Positions 36,557 through 45,854 of a DNA stretch of 64,000 bases are shown one piece after another. This DNA is from Myxococcota bacterium. Lineage in GTDB: Bacteria; Myxococcota_A; UBA9160; UBA6930. The stretch is taken from contig OZ245002.1 of assembly GCA_965223415.1 (NCBI GenBank), positions 1,536,001 to 1,600,000 on the forward strand, read 5' to 3'. Position 1 is the stretch's first letter. Each line of letters begins with the position of its first letter. The notes below the pieces were generated by a model. The model was not told the DNA's origin, ran no database searches, and worked only from the letters and a program-made list of their open reading frames with translations. Made by a program: the position numbers and the translations under genes.

Positions 36557-38007
36557 GCATCACCTCCGAGCGCTCGATCCAGGGATCCCGATGAGGCCTG
36601 GATCGGGACGTCCGCTTCCAGGGCGAGCTCCTCGAAGGAATCCGCCACCAACCCCGCGAAGCGCCCGAGATCGGGAACCAGGTCGTAATCGGCCGTGAAG
36701 CCCCAGAACACCTGCCCATGATAGGTCATGAGGGCGATCCCGAGCCCGATGTTCTCGAGCAGCGGGACCTTCGGGATCATCGCGAGGAGGCGGGCCCCCA
36801 GCATGTAGAGCGGGACCTGGGGGCCGGGCACGTTCGTCACGATCGTGTTGACGGGACCGGAGGCGAAGCCCGCCCCGAAGGCGAGAGCCTCCGCCGGGGC
36901 GAACTCCGTCGCCGCCATCAGCAGCTCCATCCCCATCGCCTGGCGGGATTCCTTCAGGTGGCGCGTCTCCTGCCGGATCGCTTCGAGCTGGGCCCTTCGA
37001 TCCGCCACGGCCACGGGCAGCTCCACGAACCAGCTCGAGACCCGGTTCCCGGTCTTTTCGTGCTCGTCCTTGCTGCGAAGGCTCACGGGTGTGGAAGCGC
37101 GAAAGACGATGTCGCTGAGGTCGACGCCCTCCTCGAGCAGGAGCGTGCGGAACGCTTGGGTGGCCGTGGCCAGGAATACGTCGTTGACCGTGCAATCGAG
37201 CTTGCGACGGACGGCCTTCACGTCGTCCAGGGACAGGGTCAGCCAGTCGAAGCGGCGGTGCGGGCAGAGCGGGCCGTTGATCGGCGTGTCCGAGCTCTGG
37301 CTCGCCGCCACGCCGAAGAATTCCCGCACCGCGGCGGCGCGGTCGCGGAGCTCGGCGCCCACGTCGCCCACTTCCTCGCGAAAGGCGCGCAGGCCGCGCA
37401 GCGCGCGGAGGGGCAGGCTCGTGTATCGCCAGGCCTCGTCGCGCAGGAGCTCCCGGGGCGTCGGCGCCGGCCGGGGCACCCAGCGCTTGGGCTCGTCCGG
37501 CTCGCCGTCCGGGGTGGGAGAGAGGAGGACCTGCGCCACCTCCACGCCGGCGGAGCCGTCCACCATGCAGTGGTGGGTCTTGGCGACGATCGCGAAGCGA
37601 TCGCCCGAAAGCCCCTCGATCACCCAGGCCTCCCAGAGCGGCTTTCGCCGGTCGAGGTGGTTGGCCATCAGCCGCGACGCGACCCGCTTGAGCTCGGCAT
37701 CCGTACCAGGCTGGGGCAGGCTCACGTGACGGATGTGGTAATCGAGGTCGAAGTGGGGATCGTCGACCCACACCGGGCGATTCTCGATCGGAATCCACTG
37801 GAGCTTCTGGCGATAGCGCGGAAGCTTGTGCAGCACGCCCCGGTAGCCCGCGCGGATCCGCTCGATGTCGATTCCGCCGTCGTCCCGGCGCAGGGGGCCC
37901 GCCTCGAAGATCTCGATGCCCGCAACGTGCATCGGCGTCGTCGGCGTCTCGGTGACGAGGAACGTGTTGTCCATCGCGGAGAGGCGCTCGTAGGCGTATC
38001 GGGCCAT
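36553..38007 (-). CDS. Wax ester synthase/diacylglycerol acyltransferase (WS/DGAT)
   Basis: ERLSAMD, PMHV, HHCMVDG catalytic motif, TVNDV, TNVPGPQVPLY. Confidence 0.95.
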   Translation of the reverse strand: MARYAYERLSAMDNTFLVTETPTTPMHVAGIEIFEAGPLRRDDGGIDIERIRAGYRGVLHKLPRYRQKLQWIPIENRPVWVDDPHFDLDYHIRHVSLPQPGTDAELKRVASRLMANHLDRRKPLWEAWVIEGLSGDRFAIVAKTHHCMVDGSAGVEVAQVLLSPTPDGEPDEPKRWVPRPAPTPRELLRDEAWRYTSLPLRALRGLRAFREEVGDVGAELRDRAAAVREFFGVAASQSSDTPINGPLCPHRRFDWLTLSLDDVKAVRRKLDCTVNDVFLATATQAFRTLLLEEGVDLSDIVFRASTPVSLRSKDEHEKTGNRVSSWFVELPVAVADRRAQLEAIRQETRHLKESRQAMGMELLMAATEFAPAEALAFGAGFASGPVNTIVTNVPGPQVPLYMLGARLLAMIPKVPLLENIGLGIALMTYHGQVFWGFTADYDLVPDLGRFAGLVADSFEELALEADVPIQASSGSLDRALGGDA

Positions 38008-38087
38008 GGCTCCATGTTGCCTCAGGCCGCTGGGCCACGCCGCGGTGCTAGGATCGGAAAGCGGCCCGAACCGTGAGGAGGTGCAGC

Positions 38088-38657
38088 ATGGCACGCGCTC
38101 CCCGAATCAGCTTCAGCCACCTCGGGATCCACGTACACGACGTCGAGAAGATGACGGCCTTCTACACCGGCTTCATGGGCTTCTTCGAGACCGACCGCGG
38201 AACCCTCGACATGCTCCCGGGCAAGCCGCAGATCGTCTTCCTGAGCCGCGACCCGAACGAGCATCACCAGCTCGCCCTCGTGGAAGGCCGGGAGGACGGC
38301 GGCGGCACGGCGCGAGTGGTGAACCAGATCTCCTTCCACCTGGATTCGCTCGACGACCTGAAGGCCCTGGAGGCCGCCCTCGAGGAGGAGGGCATCGAGC
38401 CCCGCATGCCGATCACCCACGGCAACGAGTGGTCCCTCTACTTCGCGGACCCGGAGGGCAACGGCATCGAGTGCTTCGTGCACACGCCGTGGTACGTGCC
38501 CCAGCCGATCGTCGAGCCATTCGACATCTCGGCTCCGAGCGACGAGATCCTGCGCGAGACCGAGGCCCGCTTCAGCGGCCGCGACGGCGTCAAGCCCTAC
38601 GACCAATGGCGCCGGGATTTCGCGGAGAAGCACGGGCTCGAGTGGAACGAGAGCTGA
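38088..38657 (+). CDS. VOC/glyoxalase family protein
   Basis: GAGGAGG RBS; SHLGIHV, HHQLAL, HGNEWSLYFADPEGNGIE. Confidence 0.9.
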   Translation: MARAPRISFSHLGIHVHDVEKMTAFYTGFMGFFETDRGTLDMLPGKPQIVFLSRDPNEHHQLALVEGREDGGGTARVVNQISFHLDSLDDLKALEAALEEEGIEPRMPITHGNEWSLYFADPEGNGIECFVHTPWYVPQPIVEPFDISAPSDEILRETEARFSGRDGVKPYDQWRRDFAEKHGLEWNES

Positions 38658-38693
38658 GGGCCGGCAGCGGATCGGCGGTGTAAGCTCGCGCTC

Positions 38694-39431
38694 ATGGCCG
38701 ATCCGATCCGCGCCTACCTCGTCGCCAACGCGCGCTACCACGACACGGACTACGCGCGCCTCCGCCTGCTCGAGCTGCTGGGCGAGTGCGAAGAGATCCG
38801 TACTCGGGTCGCCGACGGCTACTCGAACGTGGATGCCATCGCCGAATCGGACTTCCTGGTGACCTACACCTGCGACCTGCGACCCAGCCCCTCCGAGGAG
38901 GAGGCCCTGCGGGCCTTCGTCTCCTCCGGCGGGCGCTGGCTCGCCCTGCACGGAACCAACGCCTTCCTCGACTTCACGCCGAAGGGCATCGAGTGCCCCC
39001 GCAGCCACGACACCTTCATGAACACACTGGGCAGCCGCTTCCTCTCGCACCCGCCGATCCAACCTCACCTGGTGCGCGTCTCCGATCCGGAACATCCGCT
39101 GGTAAGGGGGATCGAACCCTTCGAGGCCTCCGACGAGATCTACCTGTGCGAGTACTTCGGCGAGGTGAAGCCCCTCTTGGAGACCTCCTTCACGGGAGAC
39201 TTCGGCGGCTACACCCTGGGACACTGGCCCACCGACGAGCCGCGCCTCGTCGCCTACACCCACCCGGTCGGTGAGGGCGAGGTGCTGTACATCACCCTCG
39301 GACACTGCTGCGGCCGCTACGACATGCAGCCGATCCAGGAGGTGGCGGAGGTCGTGAGGGGCTCCTGGGAGAACCGGACCTTCATCGAGCTCCTGCGACG
39401 CGGCCTGCGCTGGGCCCGGAAGGCGCTCTAG
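38694..39431 (+). CDS. ThuA-like domain protein (paralogue of 13215-13964)
   Basis: YHDTDYAR, FLVTYTCD, GGRWLALHGTN, DEIY, TLGHC. Confidence 0.85.
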   Translation: MADPIRAYLVANARYHDTDYARLRLLELLGECEEIRTRVADGYSNVDAIAESDFLVTYTCDLRPSPSEEEALRAFVSSGGRWLALHGTNAFLDFTPKGIECPRSHDTFMNTLGSRFLSHPPIQPHLVRVSDPEHPLVRGIEPFEASDEIYLCEYFGEVKPLLETSFTGDFGGYTLGHWPTDEPRLVAYTHPVGEGEVLYITLGHCCGRYDMQPIQEVAEVVRGSWENRTFIELLRRGLRWARKAL

Positions 39432-40345
39432 AGCCGGGCCTCGTCCGGCGACCAGGCCAGGGGGAAGACCCCCGGGAAGTCGCTGAGCGGCTGTCCCGTC
39501 TTCGGCCGGTGGGCGTAGAGATCGATCGGGTCCGGGATCACCTGCCCGAGCCGGTGCAGGTAGTGGACGTCGTGTCCGGCCCAGAGCGAGGCATGGGCGC
39601 GGCGCGGCCCGGGCATGGTCACGCCGCCGAGGGCCGAGTGCAGGATGTGACCGTGGAAGAGGAGCACGTCACCGGGCGCGTAGTCCCACCCGAGGATGTC
39701 GTAGGAATCGCGGTGGGCCTCGATGTCGGGCACGGCGGGCAGGCTCTTGTCCTTCACGCCGGCGAAGTAGTGCCAGTCCTCGTACGACTCGACGCCTAGC
39801 ATCGGCTCGTCCGGGACAGCGGCCTCGAGCATGGCGCGGGCTTCCGGATCGGCGTCCGGATCGCGCCCGGCGAGCGGGCTGTATGTGACGTTCCACAGGT
39901 GCGATCCGCGCACGACCTCGATGCTGATCTCGCGCGGCACGCGGTCCGGACACACCCAGGCGCGGATCAGATCGTGGCCCGCGAGGTTGTAGTAGCAGGT
40001 GTCCTGGTGCCAGGGCGTGGGCAGGATCGGACCTGCGGGCTTGTAGAAGAGCTGGTCCATGTAGAAGCGGACCGGGCTCGCGAGGACGCGGCCGACGATC
40101 TCGGCGACCGGCGACTCCTCGACGATTCGCCGCAGCGCCTCCGATCGGCGGGCGGGGAACTGATCGACACGGAGCGTGCCGAGGTTTTCGGAAAGGACGT
40201 CGGGCTGGGCGTTCGCCTCCTCGAGGCCCTCGGCCGCGAGATCGACCCACTCGTCCGAGAGGATGCCCTCGAGCAGGAGGGCCCCGTCGCGGCAGAAGGC
40301 CCGTGCCTCCTCCGGGGAGATCGGCCGCAAGGGCGCGGCTCTCAC
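39428..40345 (-). CDS. Phytanoyl-CoA dioxygenase (PhyH) family Fe(II)/2OG oxygenase
   Basis: TPWHQD, GSH, PGDVLLFHGHILH, RR. Confidence 0.88.
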   Translation of the reverse strand: MRAAPLRPISPEEARAFCRDGALLLEGILSDEWVDLAAEGLEEANAQPDVLSENLGTLRVDQFPARRSEALRRIVEESPVAEIVGRVLASPVRFYMDQLFYKPAGPILPTPWHQDTCYYNLAGHDLIRAWVCPDRVPREISIEVVRGSHLWNVTYSPLAGRDPDADPEARAMLEAAVPDEPMLGVESYEDWHYFAGVKDKSLPAVPDIEAHRDSYDILGWDYAPGDVLLFHGHILHSALGGVTMPGPRRAHASLWAGHDVHYLHRLGQVIPDPIDLYAHRPKTGQPLSDFPGVFPLAWSPDEARL

Positions 40346-41658
40346 GCGCCGGACCGGTCCGAGGCGGCGGCGAATCCAGCCGATCCCCGGCGCCCGCCGC
40401 GACGTGCCCTACCCGCGGCGCTCCGGCGCCGGCTGCGGGCGTCTGCGGAGCGCAGCGCCGCGGCGCTGATGCGCGCGATGCGCGAATCCCCGAACGGCGT
40501 ACCGAGACCGGCGTTCACGATCAGCCCGACCGCCAGCTCCCGGCTGGGATCCGCCCAAGCGCCCGAGCCCCCGAAGCCGAAGTGGCCGAAGGCGTGGCGG
40601 GGACTGCCGATCGTCGTGAACACGCCGTGGTATCCGAGGCGCCAACGCATGTCGAACGGGATCACCGCGAGCCGGCCGGAGCCGCGCTGGCGGTGGATCG
40701 CGCGTCGGAGTGTCTTCTGGGAGAGCAGGCGAACGCCGTCGATCTCTCCCCAGCCGGCGAGCGCTGCATACATGCGGGCCAGGGAGCGTGCGGTGAACAG
40801 CCCGTTGGCCGCGGGGATGGAGGCGCGCAGCGTCTCGTCCGCGCCGAAGTCGAAGTGCTCGATGCCCCGAGGCGCCAGGGAGTCGACGATGCTCTCGACG
40901 TCGAGCTGGAGATTCAGCAGACGCGCGCCGCCCTCCAGCCCCGCCGCACTCATACGCTGGAGGGGCCTCCACACCCGGCTCGGGAGCCTGGGGATTCTCC
41001 CGCGCCGGCGCGGCCACAGGAGCTGGGCCGCGCGGTGGAGCTCCTCGGCAGGCGTTCCCACGTACATGCCGTCGAGGGCGAGGGGCTCGGCGAGCTCGTG
41101 CCGCACGAGCTCCGCGAACGAAGTGCCTGTCACCCGCTGGAGGATCTCGCCGACCAGGTAGCCGTAGGTCAGGCCGTGATAGCCGGTCCGCCTGCCCGGC
41201 GGATGCGCGGGAGGTGTCCGCTCGATCGCCCGGATCATGTAGTCCCAGTCCAGCATGCGATCCGCGTCGTCTATCATCTGTCGGATGTGGTACAGACCGG
41301 ACTGGTGGGAGAGCACGTGCCGGACGGTCACGTCCTGCTTGCCAGCCTCCGCAAACTCGGGCCAGTAGCGCGCCACCGGATCGTCGTAGTCGAGGAGCTC
41401 CCGGTCGACCATCATGTGGAGGAGCGTGGAGGCCACTCCCTTGGTGGTGGAGAAGCTCGGCGCCATGGTGTCGGCCTGCCAGGGCCGACCGTCCTCGTCG
41501 CAGACCCCGCCCCAGAGGTCGGCGACGCACTCGCCCCGGTGGTAGACGCAGACCGCCGCTCCGCCCGGCGTGCGTGCGAGCTGCTCGCGCAGCGTGCGGG
41601 CGATGCGCCCGAAGCGAGGATGAAGATGACCGTCGATCTCGGGCAGCTTGAAGGCCAT
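40342..41658 (-). CDS. Serine hydrolase/esterase (class C beta-lactamase fold)
   Basis: FSTTK (SxxK), YWPEF, HQSGL, YHGLTYG, FGHFGFGGS. Confidence 0.92.
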   Translation of the reverse strand: MAFKLPEIDGHLHPRFGRIARTLREQLARTPGGAAVCVYHRGECVADLWGGVCDEDGRPWQADTMAPSFSTTKGVASTLLHMMVDRELLDYDDPVARYWPEFAEAGKQDVTVRHVLSHQSGLYHIRQMIDDADRMLDWDYMIRAIERTPPAHPPGRRTGYHGLTYGYLVGEILQRVTGTSFAELVRHELAEPLALDGMYVGTPAEELHRAAQLLWPRRRGRIPRLPSRVWRPLQRMSAAGLEGGARLLNLQLDVESIVDSLAPRGIEHFDFGADETLRASIPAANGLFTARSLARMYAALAGWGEIDGVRLLSQKTLRRAIHRQRGSGRLAVIPFDMRWRLGYHGVFTTIGSPRHAFGHFGFGGSGAWADPSRELAVGLIVNAGLGTPFGDSRIARISAAALRSADARSRRRSAAGRARRGGRRGSAGFAAASDRSGA

Positions 41659-41723
41659 GCACGGGAGAATAGGCGGTTTCCCGCGGATGGGCCTGCGCGC
41701 GCGATCGCAGAGAGCGGCCGGAG

Positions 41724-43496
41724 TCAGTGCTGGAGGGTCTCCACGTGGGACTGCAGCGTCTCGGCGGCCACCGCCCGGTCCGCGTAGCGTCGCGCCGCAC
41801 CGAAGCGCGCGGCGTGGAAAAGTGCCCCGGTCAACGCCAGCCCGGCGCCGACCACCGCGAACACGGTCGTGAGTGGAGTCGCGTTGGCGGTGTCGAAGGC
41901 GCTCGCCAGGGCGAGCGCCGAGAAACAGCCGAAGGCCGCGAGAGAGAGCACGATCGAGAGGAGCACCGCTCGGACCAGCCCCTCGCCGCGGCCTCGCAGG
42001 AGGCGGCGCAGCTCACGAGCCGAGAAGTGGTCGAGGAACCAGCCGTCCGCCTCGCTGACCGCCGCCTCGGCCTCGGGCCGCAGATGTGCTCCGGTCAGCG
42101 GATCCTGGGCGGTTCCTCCCGCCGTACGGCTGGCGATGCCGGCCCGGATCAGACCGTGGACCGCTTCGCTGATCGGATACCGCGACAGGATCAGCAGCGC
42201 CGCGACGTAGAAGATCGCCGGGAAGAGCGAGTACATGAAGCGCAGCCAAAAGAGGACGCTCTCGTTCTGGACGGCGCTCGGCACGTAGCCCACACCTGCG
42301 AGGACGGCGAGCGGCACGGTGTAGCTCGGAATCGAGACGAACTTCGGGATCAGCGCCCAGAAGCTCGTGAACTGCGCCTCCCGGCGCTTGCCGGTGCGGA
42401 GCTCGTCGTAGTCGATCACGTCCGCCGCCATCGCGGGGATCAGGAACGCCCCCGCCTGGGAGACCGTGCCGGTGAGGAAGTACACGCAGCCGGCGAAGAC
42501 GAAGTCGCCAGGACCGGCGAACCAGTAGAGCAGACTCGCGGCCACGCCGACGGAGCTGGCCAGGAGGAAGCTCGGCAGCTTCCCGAAGCGCCCGGCGATG
42601 CCCATCCACAGCGGCACGAACAGGAGACCCGAGCCCAGGTAGATCATCAGGTAGAGCCCGGTCATCCCGAGCGGATCCTGGGCGCCGAGGACGTACTGAA
42701 CGAAGTAAGGCATCAACACCGCCGGCGCCGCTCCGGGGATCGAGCTCATGATGCCGGCAAGCAGGAGGATCCGAAAGGGCCGATTGCGCAGGGCGCGGCG
42801 CACGCCGGGAATCAGTGGGTTCGGCGCGCGCTCCGAGAACTCCCGGCGCTCCGGAACCTGCCAGAGCAGGCCCGCGTTGAGGAGGACCAGGAGGACGGCG
42901 TAGCCGACCGCCATCGAGCGGAGGATCGTCCGCTCCCCCTCCAGGCCCAGGCCCGCGAGGATCGTCGGCATGAGCGCGGCGATGATCGCGCCGGCCGCCG
43001 CGAACACCGAGCGCATCCCGAACAGCCGGGAGCGCTCCCGATAGTCGTCGGCCAGCTCGGCACCGAGGGCGCTGTACGGGATCTCGACGATCGTGCTGAA
43101 CAGGAAGAAGAAGCCGAAGCTCGCGCCGAACCAGAAGGCCGCGCTCCCCGGCGAGAGGTGCTCGGGCGGCGCGAAGAGGGCGACGAAGCACAGCGCCGTC
43201 GGGACAATGGCGCCGGCGATGTACGGCTTGCGCCGCCCCCAGCGGCTGCGGGTCCGATCCGAGAGCCAGCCCATCAGGGGATCGGTCAGGGCGTCCAGGG
43301 ATCGCGCGAGCGCCGCGGCCACCGCGATGGCGCCCAGCGGAACGAGCACGACGTCGCTGTAGAAGCGGGGCATCAGCACGCCGATCGGAATCGCGAGGGA
43401 GGCTCCGGCGAAGCCGGGCGCCCCGAAGAAGAGGCGCAGGCGGAGGCTCAGGCTCGCGTGCTGGGGCGGCTCCGCCGCATTCGGACTGGTCTGCAT
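41724..43496 (-). CDS. MFS transporter, GPH/MelB-like, with C-terminal 2-TM extension
   Basis: DALTDPLMGWLSDRTRSRWGRRKP, PYSALGAEL, ADVIDYDELRTGKRRE. Confidence 0.9.
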   Translation of the reverse strand: MQTSPNAAEPPQHASLSLRLRLFFGAPGFAGASLAIPIGVLMPRFYSDVVLVPLGAIAVAAALARSLDALTDPLMGWLSDRTRSRWGRRKPYIAGAIVPTALCFVALFAPPEHLSPGSAAFWFGASFGFFFLFSTIVEIPYSALGAELADDYRERSRLFGMRSVFAAAGAIIAALMPTILAGLGLEGERTILRSMAVGYAVLLVLLNAGLLWQVPERREFSERAPNPLIPGVRRALRNRPFRILLLAGIMSSIPGAAPAVLMPYFVQYVLGAQDPLGMTGLYLMIYLGSGLLFVPLWMGIAGRFGKLPSFLLASSVGVAASLLYWFAGPGDFVFAGCVYFLTGTVSQAGAFLIPAMAADVIDYDELRTGKRREAQFTSFWALIPKFVSIPSYTVPLAVLAGVGYVPSAVQNESVLFWLRFMYSLFPAIFYVAALLILSRYPISEAVHGLIRAGIASRTAGGTAQDPLTGAHLRPEAEAAVSEADGWFLDHFSARELRRLLRGRGEGLVRAVLLSIVLSLAAFGCFSALALASAFDTANATPLTTVFAVVGAGLALTGALFHAARFGAARRYADRAVAAETLQSHVETLQH

Positions 43497-43561
43497 GTCG
43501 TCTCGGAACCCGCCGCGGCCGATACTACTCGAATCCTCGGAATGCTGCTGAGGCCGCCCCG

Positions 43562-44551
43562 TCAGCCGGCCAGCAGCTCGCGGGCGCGGGCGCAGGCGAG
43601 CTCGGTCAGAGCAGGAAGCAGGGCGTACAGCTCGACCTCCGGCCGATCGTTCAGCCATCCGAGGGATGCGAGCATGCGCACGACCACGAACGTCGGCAGA
43701 AGCGCTAGATCCTCGTCTGCGATCGCCCGCTGGGACCGGTAGCCGGCGACGAGGGCGTCGCGGATGCGCTCGTAGTGCTCGCTGGTCGCGTAGTCGAAGA
43801 GCACGACGGCCATGTCGTACTGGTGCCAGCCGAAGCCGGCGTCGTCGAAGTCGATCACGTGGACCCGATCGTCCCGCACCAGCACGTTGGCGGAGCGCAG
43901 GTCGGCGTGGATCAGGCTCCAGGTCCCGCGCTCCTTGCCGTACTCTGACAGGAGGGCACGGATGCGTGCGCGCGCCTCGACGAAGACCTCCCGTTGCTCC
44001 GGGCTCGCGCCGGGGATCTCCCAGAAGCGTCCCCAGAACGGGCTCTCGCCCATGAAGCCCTCCGCGTCGAGGGAGTGACGCCGGAACGGCGGGGGTGGCT
44101 GCCACGTCGAGGCCTGGTCGTGCATGGCGGCCATCAGGCGGCCGAGCCGCTCGAAGTGGACCTCCCGGCCCGCGTCGTCCGCGGCGGCGTCGATGCTCTC
44201 CGAGAGCGGCACGCCCTCGAACCACGGGACGAGGCCCACGTGACGGGTCTCTCCGGTGCCCGCGACCTCGACGACGGCGTAGTGGTCGCCGCTGCGGGTC
44301 CACTCGGCCACGGGAGCGCCGATCCCGGCCTCGTTCAGCGCGGCGGTCCACAGGGGCTCGGATTCCAACTCCTCGAGGGTGTGGTAGCCGGGGCGGTGGA
44401 CGCGGAGCGCGAACGTTCGCCCGTCCCCCGCGTCGACCCGGAAGACCACGTTCTCGCTCCGGGAGACCTGCTCCATTCGCGCGCCGCCGAGGCCCCACTC
44501 CGGGAGCGCGTGCTCGGCCACCTCACGGATCACCTCGTCCGGATGCTCCAT
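43562..44551 (-). CDS. APH-fold small-molecule kinase (homoserine kinase II / hydroxylysine kinase-like)
   Basis: SENVVFRV, LRVHRPGY, IHADLRSANVL, IDFDD. Confidence 0.9.
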   Translation of the reverse strand: MEHPDEVIREVAEHALPEWGLGGARMEQVSRSENVVFRVDAGDGRTFALRVHRPGYHTLEELESEPLWTAALNEAGIGAPVAEWTRSGDHYAVVEVAGTGETRHVGLVPWFEGVPLSESIDAAADDAGREVHFERLGRLMAAMHDQASTWQPPPPFRRHSLDAEGFMGESPFWGRFWEIPGASPEQREVFVEARARIRALLSEYGKERGTWSLIHADLRSANVLVRDDRVHVIDFDDAGFGWHQYDMAVVLFDYATSEHYERIRDALVAGYRSQRAIADEDLALLPTFVVVRMLASLGWLNDRPEVELYALLPALTELACARARELLAG

Positions 44552-44554
44552 GGC

Positions 44555-45829
44555 CTAGTAGAGCTCCCGCACGGTCTCCCGAAACGCCGCGACGAAGAGA
44601 TCGGCGTGCTCGCGCTCGAAGACCAGGGGCGGGCGCAGCTTCACAACGTTGAAGTGAGCCCCGGCGTTGCTCGTCAGGAAGCCCTTCTCCTTCAGCCGGT
44701 TCACCACGCGGATGGCGCCTTTCGGATCCGGTGTGCGAGCCTCGCGATCGCTCACCCAGTCGAGCCCGATGAACAGGCCGTGGCCTCGCGCGTCGCCCAT
44801 CGCCTCGCACTCGATCTCCCGAAGCCGATCCAGCAGGTAGCCGCCCACCTCCCCCACCCGCTCGTCGAGCTTCTCGGCCTCGACGACGTCGAGCACCGCG
44901 GCGCCGGCTGCGGCCTGGAGCGGACTGGCGGCGAAGGTGTTGAAGTAGCCGGAGCCCTTACGGAACGCATCGACCAGCGCGCCCCGCGCGACGACGCCTG
45001 CCAGGGGGAGCCCGTTGCCCATGGGCTTGCCGAGGGTCGCGATGTCGGGCACGAAGCCGCTCTTCTCGTAGCCCCACCAACGGCCGCTCCGACAGAACCC
45101 GGCCTGCACCTCGTCAGCGATGAACAGGCCCCCGGCCTCGCGAACCCTGCGTGCGGCCCGGGCCATGTAGCCTCCGGGGATCTCCGGCAGGCCCTCGTTG
45201 GCGAAAAGCGAGCAGACGAGCATGCCCGCCAGCCGAACGCCCTCGGCCTCGAAGCTCCGGATGGCGGCGTCCACGTCCTGCAGGTAGCGATCGGCCAGCT
45301 CGGCTTCCGACAGGCCTTCCTCGAGGGGCCGATAGGTCTGGGGGAAGCGAACCGCGCGGATCTCCGGATCGCTCCGCCCTCCCGCCCAGGTGAGCTTGCT
45401 GACGAGCGCCGAGTTGCCGTGATAGGCCCGGTCCGTGCAGATGATCCCCCGGCCCTTCGTGGCCAGCCGCGCCATGGCGATCGCCACCTCGTTCGCCTCG
45501 GTGCCGGTGCAGGTGAAGACGAGGCGCTCGAGGGAGGCGTCGTGCTTCGCCACCAGGCGCTCGGCGTAGTCCAGGACGCCCTCGTGCAGGTAGCGGCTGT
45601 GGACGTTGAGGGTCCCGGCCTGCTGCCGCATCGCCTCGACCACGTGGGGATTGGCGTGCCCCACGCAGGGGACGTTGTTGTACATGTCCACGTAGCGCCG
45701 GCCGTCCGCGTCGAACAAGTGGACACCCTCACCGCGGACGATGTGCAGGGGCTCCTCGTAGAAGAGCGGCGCGCCGACCCCGAGGACCCGCTCGCGACGA
45801 TCGATCAGCTCCCGGGTCGCGTCCTTCAT
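44555..45829 (-). CDS. Class III PLP enzyme, AGXT2L1/2 (phospho-lyase)-like
   Basis: YVDMYNNVPCVGH, LNVHSRYLHE, AYHG, ADEVQAGF, LGKPMGNG, YFNTF; GGAGG RBS. Confidence 0.9.
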   Translation of the reverse strand: MKDATRELIDRRERVLGVGAPLFYEEPLHIVRGEGVHLFDADGRRYVDMYNNVPCVGHANPHVVEAMRQQAGTLNVHSRYLHEGVLDYAERLVAKHDASLERLVFTCTGTEANEVAIAMARLATKGRGIICTDRAYHGNSALVSKLTWAGGRSDPEIRAVRFPQTYRPLEEGLSEAELADRYLQDVDAAIRSFEAEGVRLAGMLVCSLFANEGLPEIPGGYMARAARRVREAGGLFIADEVQAGFCRSGRWWGYEKSGFVPDIATLGKPMGNGLPLAGVVARGALVDAFRKGSGYFNTFAASPLQAAAGAAVLDVVEAEKLDERVGEVGGYLLDRLREIECEAMGDARGHGLFIGLDWVSDREARTPDPKGAIRVVNRLKEKGFLTSNAGAHFNVVKLRPPLVFEREHADLFVAAFRETVRELY

Positions 45830-45854
45830 GCGCCTCCTCCGGCGAAGCCGCGCC

